A DNA stretch of 64,000 nt from positions 1 through 64,000 of the forward strand of contig NGBS01000015.1 in NCBI GenBank assembly GCA_002245135.1, given 5' to 3'. The notes under the pieces are model-generated. The model had not been told where the DNA came from. It made no database searches and worked only from the letters and a program-made list of their open reading frames with translations. Each line of letters opens with the position of its first letter. Positions within the stretch are counted from its first letter, which is position 1. The translations under genes were made by a program, and so were the position numbers. Origin of the DNA: Proteromonas lacertae (lineage: Eukaryota). Below, piece by piece: positions 23,988-38,385 of the stretch.

Positions 23988-25693
23988 TTAATCATACAAT
24001 TGAAATAATTCAGCAACTGACTCACTTCGTTTTGTCTTTAATCCAGCTCTTGGCATGTAATAGCAGTCTGTACACTGATCTGCTATATATTTCTGTAAAG
24101 AAATTGGTATTTGCAATAAAACTTCTTTTGTCTTTTTATCTAGATTTTCATCATTCATATATCTATTTTCTTTATCTAATGGATATTTCTGTCTTATCTT
24201 CTCCATCATATTCTTTCTGTCATCATCCATTTGTTTTATTAATGGCATATTTTCATCATCATACCAAGTGTTATATGTACAAATCTTATCTCTAGCTAAA
24301 CAGAAATTATTCAAATCTTCTTCTGGATCATACAAAGCTTCATTAACATCAAATTTACTTTTACCTTCTCCTCCTCCTCTTTTTGTTGTTGTTCCTGTAG
24401 ATGTTCCTTTTCTATTCTTACTTTCTGCTTTTGCTTTTCGCTCCATTTCAGATTGTAGCTTTTCTGCTTTTCTATATTGTTCTAACATTGATTTTGACAT
24501 ATCATATGGTTCGGGAAATACAATCTTGTTTTCTGCTGTTGGTAATCTTAAATAATCTTCTCTATGAGGATTATTCAATTCTGGAGGTGGTCTTTTTTGT
24601 TTTGTTATTATGCTGTGTTATAAACTTCATCCTTTGGACAATTTGCATTAAATGTTTTTAATAAATTTGATGGATGTGTTGGATTGACATTTCCACTTCC
24701 ATATATACATAATGGCTTTTTTGGAGGTGGTGGATCAATATTAAATTTCTTTTTTAATTCATTTTCTCTAGCTTCAGATGCTTCTATCTTCTTTTGAAAT
24801 TTCCAATTCTTTGTAACGTGAGGTGGTTTGCTTCTACCAAGACTTTTCTATTATAATAATTATTATTATATATAAAAATACACTTAGTATTTTACTTTCA
24901 ACTTTCTTTAGCTTTTCTTTTTCTTTGTTGACTTTAGATTCTTTGAATTTCTTAATCTTATCAGCTCTTTCTTTTTGTGGGTTTGATGAAGGATAATCTA
25001 TCATTTTTCTCAAATCAACTTTATCTCTGTATTCTGATTTTGATCGTTAATATACTTTTTGGTTTTCCAGTGTTTAACATTGAATCTGATGATATTTTTG
25101 GTTTTTTATTATCCTCTATTGTTTGTGTAGAAAAAGAACTTAGCATCTGAACTGGTTTATTTTTCTCTAACGTTTTAGTTTTATTCAATGTTGCTTTTCT
25201 GTATTGTGTTTTAACAAAATCAACAATTTTTGGTTGTGTTACTGATGAAGATAATTCATAATCTTCACTCCTTATATCATTTTCTTCATTGTCATTATCC
25301 ATTTGTACACCTGTATCTGTTTGAGTTCCTTCTTCTCTATCATAATAATTTTCATCTTCATTTTCATATTCATCATAATTACAATCATTATCATATTCTT
25401 CTTCCTCCTCCTCTTCATATTCATTTTCATTATTATCATTATTACTATTATTGTATTGATTAGAAGTATAAAGATTTGCTTCATTGCTTCTGACTTGAGC
25501 TAAATGTGGTTTAAATGAAGATTTATATTCTGTTTCCCATCTATCAGGAATAGCTATTTTGTTATTAGGATTGGGTTCATTAATATCATGCTATTAATAA
25601 AAACATTCGCAAATATACTTTTATAACATAATTATAATATGGTGGACATGTATAATATTCATCATTGAGATGACAACCATTATGCACTAACAT
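23988..25693 (-). CDS. Hypothetical protein with acidic low-complexity tract
   Basis: ORFs 23988-24578 and 25021-25302 link through mini-introns to ATG 25693; D/E/N-rich tract near 25300-25460. Confidence 0.55.
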
Positions 25694-25890
25694 ATTAATG
25701 AGAAAATGAAATTTATATAAAATTCAACAGCTAGTTTTTTAAATTTACAGTTTTATCACGATTGTTTTTGATCGATTGTTAATAATTTAGAATTGTTAGC
25801 ATCGATTGTACTTCTCACTTGATTTTTATTAATTTTTTCATCTATTATACACATATTTTACTTGTTTTTTGTAGGCAACAATAAAAGAAA

Positions 25891-26784
25891 ATGAAAATAG
25901 TTATATCACCTACTTTATTTCGTCATATGTTACACGCTACATTGTTAATGATAGTTTTGGTTGTTGTGTTTGGTTTTCTTCCTGTTTTTATATCATATGC
26001 ACTTTATCCAAAAGTAGAAGATGTTGCTGTTATTGTAAGATGTAAGATGTTGACATTACCTCAAAAACGAAGAATTGAGAAATATAATTCAACAGTTAGT
26101 AGATATTTTGATTTTTGGATGTTTTATGATGCTACTGGTGATGTTAACTATCACCACTTTTACATTACAAGTAATGATATTTTAAAAGTATATCCAAAAA
26201 TGCAGTCAATAAGAGATAGATGTTCAAAACTCACATCGCTTTCTAATGCAGCATTTTATCAACGTATCTCCTTCACAGAAAGCATAATTATTTGGCTTGA
26301 TCAATTTGGTCATAAATACAGTCAAATTTGGATATTTGAACAGGATTTAGGTTATGCAGGTAATATAGGTAATTTCTTCTACTCCTATTATGAAGATAAA
26401 ACTGATTTTCTTCTTTTAAATTATGATAATATGAGTAAAATGAATGAAAATAAAACATACGATTATAAATCATGTCAAAGTGACAAATATAGTGAAAGAA
26501 TAAAATCAGAAAGGTATGATTTGTATGTAACTAACCCCATTTTAATGAGATTTTCAAGAAGAGCTTTGGAATATATACATGAAGAACATGCTAAAGGATT
26601 TCACGCTAATAGTGGGCAATTCGTTCCTTATATGATTGGACATTATAATTTAACATATAAAATAATATCTGATAAATATATTGGTGAATTGAATCCCAAG
26701 AATCCAATTAATGAAAGTAATTGGATGGATATTCAATGGAACTATGATAAGAAGAATAAATTCTATCATCCGCTCAATTTTTAA
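25891..26784 (+). CDS. Type II membrane glycosyltransferase-like protein (DUF3405-like)
   Basis: N-terminal TM, QIWIFEQDLGYAGN, C-terminal FYHPL. Confidence 0.6.
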   Translation: MKIVISPTLFRHMLHATLLMIVLVVVFGFLPVFISYALYPKVEDVAVIVRCKMLTLPQKRRIEKYNSTVSRYFDFWMFYDATGDVNYHHFYITSNDILKVYPKMQSIRDRCSKLTSLSNAAFYQRISFTESIIIWLDQFGHKYSQIWIFEQDLGYAGNIGNFFYSYYEDKTDFLLLNYDNMSKMNENKTYDYKSCQSDKYSERIKSERYDLYVTNPILMRFSRRALEYIHEEHAKGFHANSGQFVPYMIGHYNLTYKIISDKYIGELNPKNPINESNWMDIQWNYDKKNKFYHPLNF

Positions 26785-26910
26785 TAGCAACTTAGTAATT
26801 ATTTATTTATTTTAGTTTGTTTATTGATGTGATAAATTCAATTTACATATTTTGGTAAATAGAAAGGTAAATTACTGTCACTAGTTGTTGTGTTTTTTGT
26901 TTTTAAAAAA

Positions 26911-28495
26911 ATGTCTTATTACCAGGATCCTAACGATGTGTATAGACAATTAAACAGAGTAACAATGGAATCTCAAAAGAAAGATGAATTAATTATGGAA
27001 TTAGAAAAAGAAAGAGACTATTTAAGAGTATATTTTGCATTTTTATCCTCTTAGAATCGTAGTACAGAATTTGAAAAACAATTAAATGAAGCTAAAACTA
27101 CCATTTACCAATATGAAGGAAAGATTAACAGCATTAGTTCAAACTCTATTCCTTATGATAAGCATGTCAATTATGTAAATGAACAAATAGGAACAAGACA
27201 AAAACAACTTGAGCAAATTATTAGAGATAAAGATAGAGTAGAAAATCAGTATTCAGCAACGCAAAACCAACTAGAAGCATTATCAAGTCAAGTTCAAGCA
27301 TTACAAGCAGATAATAATCAATTGAGAAGATTATTAGCAAAGGAAACCCAATCCCACGACGGTGCTTTAGAATCATTGACAAGAGAGAATCGTAGAAATG
27401 TGACACAACTCCAGCAATTAGAGTCAGAAAGAAGAAATTTATCGGAAGAAATTGTACAACTAAAACTCACAATTGAAAGACAATTAAATGTATATATATA
27501 TATCAATATGTTTAATATATGTAATAATTATTATTGAATAGAATCAATCAGATAGAGACAGAATATATGAAGAACAAATCGAACAATTGAAACACAAAAT
27601 CATCGATATGGAAGATCATTCAAGCAGTACCCTTCTAGAAACATCAGACAAATTAACAATGATGTCTCATAAATCAAGAGAACAAAGTGAATTAATAGAA
27701 TCCCTCACAAGGGATTTAAAACAGTGTATGACTGAAAAAACATTAATCAAAAATGATTTAAGTGATAGAATTAATGCATTAATATCTCAACGTAATGTTT
27801 TTGCTACTCATATGTCAGAGATGGAGACAATATGGAACGAAAAATTACAAGCAATTAGTGAAGAAAGAGATAAGCTTCAATCTCAATTGAAATCAATGAT
27901 AATTGAATTAAAGCATTTATCTGACAATCCAGCTGTAATTACTGCCAGAAAACATGCTAAAGAAATGGAAGAAAAATTGAAAAGTAATGAAAATGATATG
28001 AACTTATTAATGGAAAGTATTAAACAAGAGAAATCCACTTTAATCGGAAGAATCCATGATCAAGCTATTAGTATACATGATTTGACAGAACAAGATAAAT
28101 CATCAGATAAAAATTGGATTAATTTAGCAGTCAATAATGATAGTGTCTTACCTAATACAACTACAAATATTATCGGATCATTTTCAAAAATAGGAAATGT
28201 TAATTCACCTAGTGTAAACAATAATAATTCAATAAATAATAGTTTGTTAAATAATACACCTGCTACTAATGGTGCTAATACAAGATCTTATTCGTTTATG
28301 GATAGTAATAGCAATACAGCTTCTCCTTATCGTTCATCTCCAATGAGAGATTATTCAACATCATCATCATCAACATCAACAGCTAATATTAATAGCAATA
28401 GATATACTATTGGTAAAACAGCTGATATTAATATTAATAATACTAATTCAAAGAAAGCTTTATTTGATAATGATTTACCTTCATTTTTGAAGTAA
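26911..28495 (+). CDS. Coiled-coil protein with N/S-rich tail
   Basis: MSYYQDPND start, E/K/Q/L heptad-rich exons, two introns. Confidence 0.65.
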
Positions 28496-28652
28496 ATAGA
28501 GTGATAGTAATAATAACATTATATTTTATTATACTTTATTGGTTGTGTTTTTGTATTTTCACAAAATAAACAATTATATAAAAATGAAATGAGTTATTAA
28601 TGAAAGTATATATAAGATTTAGTAATAATAAAAGCGAAATATAAGAAGAATA

Positions 28653-30643
28653 TTATATTCTAATATAATAATACTCTCTTGTTTTTAATGATGCATATAC
28701 TATATTAATTTCTTTTTTTTCTTTTCTTTTTGTAGAAAAATCCAAATCACTCATCATTCTTTCTATTTTTGATGCTGGATAATCTTCTAATATTTCAGGA
28801 TGTTTACTGAAATAGGTTATTCTCTTTCTCACATCATGACTACATTTTCTATACAATAATTTTCCACTCAATTCTCCTGGATAATCTACATCCCAATCGT
28901 ATAAAAATAATCTTAAATTATTTCGACTTAATAATGAACATAATATAAATATTTCTTCTTCTAATTCATCTTTGAATTCTTTACTCTATATTATAATATT
29001 ACAATACAATATTATTGATATACATTCTCTAATTCTTTTCTTTCATATTCTCTTACAGCTTTTTTAATAAATTCCCATGGATATAAATAATTTTCTTCTA
29101 AATGAATAATATCTTCACTATCACATATATAAATATCTTCTAAGAACAATTTGATTTGATCAGTAGTCATATATGCTTCATTACATCTATCCCACTTTGA
29201 TAAACAGCCATTATCTCTGTAATATTTGTACATATGTCTAAAATTTATAAAAGAATGTTTAATATACTCAAAAGCTTCTTTAACTGATTTTACTCTTGCA
29301 TTAACATATTTTTCTTCATCACTCATTTCTCTTGCTGTATTTAATATAAACTTTGTTAATCCTCCAACTGCAAATGCTACTCCTCCAGCTACTATACACA
29401 ATGATGCTGCTGGTAATGCTATTGCACTGGCTGCTAAAGCATATGGTGTAGCAGCCATTGCTCCAAGTGATGCAGCTGATGAAGCAACATTAATAGCTAA
29501 TCCAACATCATCCTAAATCATTATATCATATTAAATATACTTTTGTTTCTTCATATTCTTTAACAGCAAATGCTAAATCTACAACAGCTGAAGCACCTAA
29601 TGCTAATGAAGGTGTAAGAGCTTTTAATCCTTTTGCTGTATATCCTGCATATCTAGCGCCTTCTCTAAATGCAAGCGTTGTTCCAACTGTTAACGATGAG
29701 GTAACACCTCCTGCTACTGTATTATATGCCACATTTCTTGCTCTTTCAATATAATCAGTATTCAAATGATATTTTCTGATTATATCATTTATCATTTCTT
29801 GTTTATCTCTATATTCTTTATAACACATAAATATATACTTTTTATAATCATAACTATTATAACAGAACTTTATTTGTAATTCTTCATATATACCTTTAAA
29901 TAGTTTTATTCTGTCATCTATTGTTTCACATCTATTGAATATCACTTCATAATCATTACATCTGATTGGTAATTCTATTAATAATCGATTCAAGAATCTA
30001 TTATTATTATTATATGGCATATATATACCCTTCACTCATTCTTTTTATTACTTCGACTATTCTATCAGATTCACTTTTGTTTTTGAATTCTTGGTATAAT
30101 CCTTCAGCTGCACCAAATAATGAACCAAATACAGCAGCACTTAGCAAATAAAGCTTTTACATTAGTTTGATTTGCTTTAGCTCTTTTTCTATATGCAGCA
30201 TTTCTCTTATTTCTGGAAGGATGAAGACTTTGACCCTTTTGGACGTTGAATAGAAGGAGGATGAGGTGAATGATTCTTTACTTTTGGTACTTTCAAGTTC
30301 TTAACAGCCATGCTATTATTATATCTCCACCTTCCACCATTTGAAGTGATATTAGGTTGATTATAATCGGAATCTTTATCAAATACTGAATCTGTTCTTT
30401 GGAATCTGTGAATCTTATAGCTATGCATATATTCAAGTTGTTCCACTTCCTTATCTCCTTTGAAGCTTCAAGGTTTTTTATCATTTGTATAGCTTTTTCT
30501 TTCTTCATTCCATATATTTCTGGATAATCTACAGGAATCTCTTCAATTTGTCTGTTATATTCATCTATAACTATTTGTATCTGTTCTTCATCTGACCAGC
30601 ATGATTCTATATCGCTATCTTGGTTAACTGAAGAAAGATCCAT
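28653..30643 (-). CDS. Orphan family member 1 (basic Pro/Arg motif plus Gly/Ala-rich hydrophobic helices); frameshifted
   Basis: Paralogous to 31130-32977 and 42708-44606 (PEIYGM, FLEDIYICDS, KCSHDVRKR). Confidence 0.7.
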
Positions 30644-31129
30644 ATGTTAAGAAATTCAGAGTTGGACAAACCTCAATGTTGGCTCGAACCCATTTTTTGA
30701 TGAAATATCTTCTTATAACACCATTCAAATAATAAGAGTGTAATGAATGCGTTCTATACAAGTTGCCAATCGTTTATCATATTCATGTGCAAATTCTCAT
30801 TTCAAACGACACGACATATTATTACTTCTATATATAGAAAATTAGACAATATTTTGATGGTGGGATTTTCATAAATATTGCTTATGTAATTAATTCGAAA
30901 AAATGAAAAATATAGAAACTGAAACGATATAATTTTTTGAAATACATTTTAAAATCAAATTTGATGTTAAATGATGGCGATAAATCAAATAATAATTTCA
31001 GTGATATTATTGCACAATTATAATATATTGACACAGACTATATAACTAATAATGAAATATGATAAAATATTTAATGATAAATTAATAATATTTGAATAGA
31101 ATATCATCATTATACATATATTACATATA

Positions 31130-32977
31130 TTATGTATATATATCCCTTTTCTTTAACGAATTTAAAATTTGATTTATTTCACATCTTTCATTTCTTTTTG
31201 TAGAAAAATCCAAATCACTCATCATTCTTTCTATTTTTGATGCTGGATAATCTTCTAATATTTCAGGATGTTTACTGAAATAGGTTATTCTCTTTCTCAC
31301 ATCATGACTACATTTTCTATACAATAATTTTCCACTCAATTCTCCTGGATAATCTACATCCCAATCGTATAAAAATAATCTTAAATTATTTCGACTTAAT
31401 AATGAACATAATATAAATATTTCTTCTTCTAATTCATCTTTGAATTCTTTACTCTATATTATAATATTACAATACAATATTATTGATATACATTCTCTAA
31501 TTCTTTTCTTTCATATCTTCTAACTGCATTTTCAATATATCCCCATGGTATAGAGATACTTTTCTTCTAAATGAATAATATCTTCACTATCACATATATA
31601 AATATCTTCTAAGAACAATTTGATTTGATCAGTAGTCATATATGCTTCATTACATCTATCCCACTTTGATAAACAGTCATTATCTCTGTAATATTTGTAC
31701 ATATATCTAAAATTTATAAAAGAATGTTTAATATACTCAAAAGCTTCTTTAACTGATTTTACTCTTGCATTAACATATTTTTCTTCATCACTCATTTCTC
31801 TTGCTTTGTTTAATACATATCTTGTACCACATCCAAACAGAATCGAAGCAAATAATGATATACACCATATTGGAACATAAACAGGTGTAATAGCCATAGA
31901 AGCTAAAACAACTGGTGTGGCTATATAAGCCAGTTGCAGATGCTGCAGCTGAAGCAACATTAATAACTAATCCAAAATCATCCTAAATCATCATATTATA
32001 TTAAATATACTTTTGTTTCTTTATATTCATAAACTGAACTAGCCAAATCTACAACAGCTGAAGCACCTAATGCTAATGAAGGTGTAAGATCTTTTAGTTC
32101 TTTTGATGTATATCCTGCATATCTAGCGCCTTCTCTAAATGCAAGCGTTGTTCCTACTTTTAAAGCTGAATCAGCTCCTTTTACTAATGTGTTATATGCA
32201 ACATTTCCTGCTCTTTCAATATAATCTGTTTTTAATTTATACTTTTCTATTATATCATATAACATTTCTTCTTGATCTCTATATTCTTTATAATATATAA
32301 ATATATACTTCTTGTATATGTAATTATGGTAGCAATTCTTGCTTAGCAATTCTTCATATTTTCTTTTAAAATATATAATTCTTTCATCTATTGTGTCAAA
32401 TTTACTAAATGCTTTTCTATAATCATTACAATCTATAGGTAATTCTATTAATAATCGATTCAAGAATCTATTATTATTATTATATGGCATATATATACCC
32501 TTCACTCATTCTTTTTATTACTTCGACTATTCTATCAGATTCACTTTTTTTCTTGAATTCTTGGTATAATCCTTCAGCTGCACCAAATAATGAACCAAAT
32601 ACAGAAGCATTAGTAAATACTGATCCTATATTTGTTTGATTGGCTTTAGCTCTTTTTCTATGTAAATTATTTCTTCTATTTCGACCTGGATGCAAACTTT
32701 GACCTTTTGGACGTTGAATAGAAGGAGGATGAGGTGAATGATTCTTTACTTTTGGTAATTTCACATTTTTTATATCTCCTTGTTTTCTTCTATTCTTACA
32801 TTTACTATCCTGTTCCTCTGATGCTGTATTTTCTATTTCAACTTCTAGATCTTTTACCATTTGTAAAGCCTCATCTTTACTCATTCCATATATTTCTGGA
32901 TAATCTACAGGTATTTCTTCAATTTGTCTATCATATTCATCTATAGTAAGTTGTTCTTCTTCTTCAGTATCGTTCAT
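31130..32977 (-). CDS. Orphan family member 2 (tandem duplicate)
   Basis: Large blocks near-identical to member 1; HPGRNRRNNLHRKRAK motif. Confidence 0.7.
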
Positions 32978-33302
32978 AATACTAATTTTAAAATTCAAAG
33001 TTGGACAAACCTCAATGTTGGCTCGAACCAATTTTAACATCAAATATCATTATATGTTAGATATTTAATTCAGTTAATATTATGCGTATATTTTATACAA
33101 TTCTTTCGTAATAAGAAAACTAAAATCTAATTTGTCACACTGAATGACACTCTTAAATTATTGCTTATAAACATAAAAAGTAAAACAATAATTTCATATT
33201 TACACTTTTTTTATCTATTATATATGGCACTATTTCAGAATAATGCAAAACAAAGATAATGAAACGATTATATTTTTGAAACATTATTAAAAAACGCATT
33301 TA

Positions 33303-34686
33303 ATGGGTATAGAATCATCAAAAGATGGTAACAAATTAAATAATAGTTCATGTAACAATATGGAACAAGTGAAGCATAATAATTATGGTTATAAAACAGA
33401 TGAATACAGTTTTAGTAAAACAATAGAGAAACAAATAAATTTAAGGTTATTAAAAGTTAGCAATGTTTGTTTGATCAGAGAAATTATTGAAAAATTAGAC
33501 TATTTTCACTTAATTTACATTGTGAAAGTGATTTCGATGTCAACAGAAGAAGATGAAATGAAAATAATAGAGACAATACTAGATAAAGATTTAGCAAATG
33601 TGTTGATTGATTCAAACATTAATGATAATATAATACTACTCAAAATAATAAGAATGTTAGTAGAGATTGAGAAATTGGGATTTCAAACATCAAATATAAG
33701 TGCTTCAGATATATTATTTAATAATAACAATCAAGTATTTACTACTAATCTATACAAAAATAATTTAAAATCAAGATCTACAAATCATCAACCAATAAAA
33801 GAGAAAATAGTAGAAATGACACATACTAATTCAAACCAACTAATCGAAGAATTACTAATAGAATTAAATGAAGAAGATGATGAAATAATAGAAGAACCAA
33901 TGATACAATTATTCAAAGATAATGATTTTTACTTTAAATTTTATCGTAAAATGGATGAAAATTTAAGTATAATAAATATGATATATTTCAACATTTAATA
34001 GGATGTTTTATTGATGAAAGAATAAAAGAATGTATGGATATAAAAGAGTTTAATGTACACTATAAAAGAACAGGATATGTTGCAGTTGAATACATATTGT
34101 TCAATGCTTATTCACTAGAATCAATAACAAAGTTAATATTTAACAGTATTCAATATTTTGTTATTTTATATGTAAATGAATAGGTAATGATATTGGGGAT
34201 ATAGGATTATATTATCTTTCTAAATTATTAAAATTTATTCCACATTTAGAAGTATTATGGCTGGGAGATAATAAAATTACTTCAAATGGATTTATACCAT
34301 TTACAAAGCAATTGTATAATATAAAAGAATTAAAAGAATTGAATATTAATTGGAATGAGATTGGTGATGAAGGAATGATATATTTGTGTAAATATTTATG
34401 TGATGTAAGTAATATAGAAGCACTTTATATAAACGCAAATGGTATATCTGACAGAGGAATAAAAGCATTTTGTCATTCTATTAATTATGTTAAAAATATA
34501 AAACTATTGGATATTAATAATAATAAAATATCATATAATGGATGTAGTTTGTTGTTTGATGAGTTAGTTAAGTGTGAAAACCTTCAATTAGTGTTAGTTA
34601 TGAAGAATAGGATAATTCATGGTAATAAATTGAGTGACAAACTGAAGTCATTACATTCATTCAAAAATCTAATTGTAAGGACTTAA
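33303..34686 (+). CDS. Degenerate kinase-like domain plus RI-type LRRs; possible N-myristoylation
   Basis: MGIESS start; SNISASDILF catalytic-loop remnant; LNINWNEIGDEG and LYINANGISDRG repeats. Confidence 0.65.
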
Positions 34687-34817
34687 TATGAATAATGTAA
34701 ATAATTACAGTAATATAATAGTTATTTAATTTTATTATTGATATAGTGTGGTAATGAAATGAAATAGCATAGTAATATTAATTATTAAATGAAATAAAGA
34801 AAATAAGAAAAAAAGAA

Positions 34818-34890
34818 AGCCACGTGGGAGGATCGAACTCTCGACCTTCCGCTTACTAAGCGGGTGCTCTACCAACTGAGCTAACGGGGC
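34818..34890 (-). tRNA. tRNA-Thr (anticodon AGT)
   Basis: GCCCCGTTAGCTCAGTTGGTAGAGC-CCCGC-TT-AGT-AA-GCGGA-AGGTC-GAGAG-TTCGATC cloverleaf, followed by a T-run Pol III terminator. Confidence 0.93.
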
Positions 34891-35004
34891 TTCTGATATT
34901 TTGTATATTTTTGAGTTTATGTACTGTGTGTTTTGGTGTGTTTACTTTTTTTTCTCCTCTAATAAACAACAATAACAATAATGTATATAGTAAAAATTTA
35001 ATAG

Positions 35005-38000
35005 CTATACATATCTTACATCCAACATATCAAGAAGACTATCAGACATGTATTTTGTTTCACGGTTGTATTTCTCAGATATATAAGTCAATCTATCCAC
35101 ATTGAGATGTGATACAATATAATCCTTTTCGTCTATAGAATAATATTTCATTGAAAAATAATATACATTCATTCTTAATCAGCTTGTATAATGCACAACA
35201 TGCATAATATAATTCTTCAAAATAATCATGTTCCAATAAACTGCTAATAATGTCAATTCCTTCTCTATTTATATAGCTCAAGTCATTATAATTACTATCA
35301 ATGTAGTTACAAATTGCATGGGTTGAATTTGCTCTTTTATACTTATCATCAGTCTGACATTGTTGAAGTAAAAACCTTACGCCAGCCTCAGTATCAATAT
35401 TATTATCTAATTAACATAATATTTAGTTAGAATATGATATATATACTATTTGTTGTAAATGCAAATCCATATGAGTATATTTTCAATCTATCATTTGTAG
35501 ATGTTACATATGAATGTATTAACCTAGTGACTGAAGTATTTTTTATGCATATTGTTAAATCTGGATGGCATGCTAAATTCCATAATAATCCCACAGCACT
35601 AATTAGAATAGTATCATCACTTTGAATATTTACGCAATTATCAATATATGGAATACCACCACAATTTGATATAATCTTTTTATTTTCATCTAATAATATA
35701 TGATAATAAATTCTATACCAAAATGTTCGCTAACGTTCCAAAGGGCAGTACACATTGAATCTTTAACATTTGGATTATTTGTGTTTCTAAGAACATTCAC
35801 GAATGTCAATATACCATTATTATTAACTATTTCTGGAATAAACCTTTCAATTAAAGTAATATCAACAATTAAATTCTTTATAACATTTTGTATATTATTA
35901 TTATTAATATTTAAATAAGATAGAATAACTGGAATAATACCGTAAGAACATGCATAAGTTAAACAATGTTCTATTTGTTACAAATGCAATATATACGATT
36001 ACTAGATATATTATTTAGTAGAAGAATTGCTGGTATTACATCTAAAGCATTATTTGAAGCAAGATTTTTAATTAAAAAGAATATACCTCCCTAACCAACA
36101 AAAAAGATTCCTTTGAATGTCATCAGTCATACATTCAACTAATTGTGTTATTCCTATTATTGATTCAAGAGGATTAGGAGATATTAACAATTTCATATAT
36201 TGTGACCATTCTGGTAGAAAACCTTCTATATTTATATAAATTACAATTTATATAATTTACTTTCATCTATTCTTATTGAAAGAAAGTGTTCAATATTCTT
36301 CTCCACAAAGTAAATATATCCATCAGATGTTATATTATTTCCAGTAACACATATTCTATCAAATGATGGAATTATAGTAAGAGGTTCAATTATCTTTTTG
36401 AAGCCAACATCAGAGATTGAATTTTCTATAACTAAAATCAAAATAAAATACCTGTGAGATCTAATCTGACTAGACAATAAAGTAGTGGCAGTCTATTACT
36501 AAACAAATCCATACTTTCATCAGTAATTTCATTATCTATATAGTTTATACATATATAGTTTCATATTTTATATTTATACTGGATAGTAATAGATATTGAA
36601 GATTATGCATTCCATGGAAATGATTACTCAACTCTATTAAACTATCATCATTTAGGTTACATTTGTTCAATATTAGTTGATTTATTGAATAGAGTGGAGG
36701 AAAGGATTTAGTTAGAGTTTTTATATCAGTTAAATCGAATGAATTTTCACTCAAATCTAATCCTCTCAATAAACCGTTATGACATAATACACTTCCCAAT
36801 TCTTTTATTTCTTCACTTTTTATTCCATTTTCTATTCAATCACAAATTACATTAACATTAACATATATATATATATATATATATATATACTGGATAAATC
36901 AAGATTTCGTAAAGAAGAGAGTTGATTAAATATATCATGTAAACCTTGTAGTTTTGATAATGTTAAATTAACATCTATATCATTACAATAAACAGAATAT
37001 TATACTTATTAATGATAGACTTTTCAATTTATAAAAATATCCAATTATTTCACTCATATATTTTGATGAAATATCTAATGATCTGATTTTAATAATTTCA
37101 CAAGATGAAAAATATGAACACATTATTAATAGTTGGTAATATGCTCTTTCTTCTGAAGTATCAATGACTATTTATATATTATTATTGTTGTTTAAATCAA
37201 ATACAAGAATCGAAGGATAAATGATCACCACTAAATAATCTATACATTTCAAAAGGAAGATAATTGACTGATCCAGCCATTCTCCATATTTTATAATCAG
37301 GAAATGTTTGATGCATTTTTTGAGCCCATTCACCTGTATATATATATCATATTTTATACGATTTTTACTCAGATTTAAGAAGATTTTTAAACCATATATT
37401 GAGATGGATTTATCTTGACTGTCACTTGTTAATGTTTGGATTTTTCGTAATATATCATTAAAGTCACTTATATTCTTAAAATTATTATCATCACTTTCTA
37501 AATCACTAATATCTTTCATAAATTGCATTACTTCATTTTCATTGTTTAATAATGGCAAATCGATTAATTCACTTTCTTTATGATTTATACTATAGTTCAC
37601 TATTTATAATAATAAATAATTGTTATATACGATGGTTATATTGATATTTTATAAACAGTTCGTGTTTAAATATTTCCTTATAGTGTTTGATTCGACCATC
37701 AATTACATCGTTTATTAACTTTATTAGTTTTTCACTTATACCATAATATTCATTGGTTTCTATATTATAACCACTATATCTTCGAATTATTTCTCCACTT
37801 TTCTTTATATCTTTCTCTAATGATACTCTTTCATCGTTTTTGAATAGATATAATGGATCAGATAGCATAAATCGACCATCATTGTATAATATATTCGTTT
37901 CTTTTATATTTCCATGAATTTGATTACATGTATCTAATGCTTCTATTCCTTTCAATATACTCAACCATACATGAATTAATTCCTAATAACATTCATTATA

Positions 38001-38385
38001 TCATATTTACATATACAGATTCAGAAGGAATAAAATGAGTTTCTGCATTCTTGTTTATTATATCATATATACTACATTCACATGCTTCTTCTTTTAAATA
38101 GTATTTATTTCCCATTTTTATACAATCATATATGTTCAAAAGATTCTCATGTCGAATTATGTCACTAATCTGTTTATATACAAATTAATATTTAATATAT
38201 ACTTGTAGATCACTATTTATGTTTTTTTCAATCACTCCTTTCAAAGCATATATTCTTCCTGTTTCAACTTCTAAAGAAATTCTTACTGAACCATGTACAC
38301 CTCCCCATTTATCAGTAATAGTTTTAAAAATATTTCTATATGCTAATGCTGGACTTTCTTTGATGCTTCTTGTGAGATTACTCAT
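35005..38385 (-). CDS. Pseudokinase-LRR-armadillo repeat protein, copy 1
   Basis: WGGVHGSV, IYALK, IHGNIKETNILY, LSDP; LDLSEN LRRs; ARM-like CTALWNVS and VGLLWNLA. Confidence 0.7.

Noticed and set aside
30670..30693. Upstream ATG (MGSSQH*) and B-box-like GGTTCGAGCC before orphan member 1
   Set aside because: The ATG is absent from copies 2 and 3, and the B-box-like sequence is absent from copy 3.
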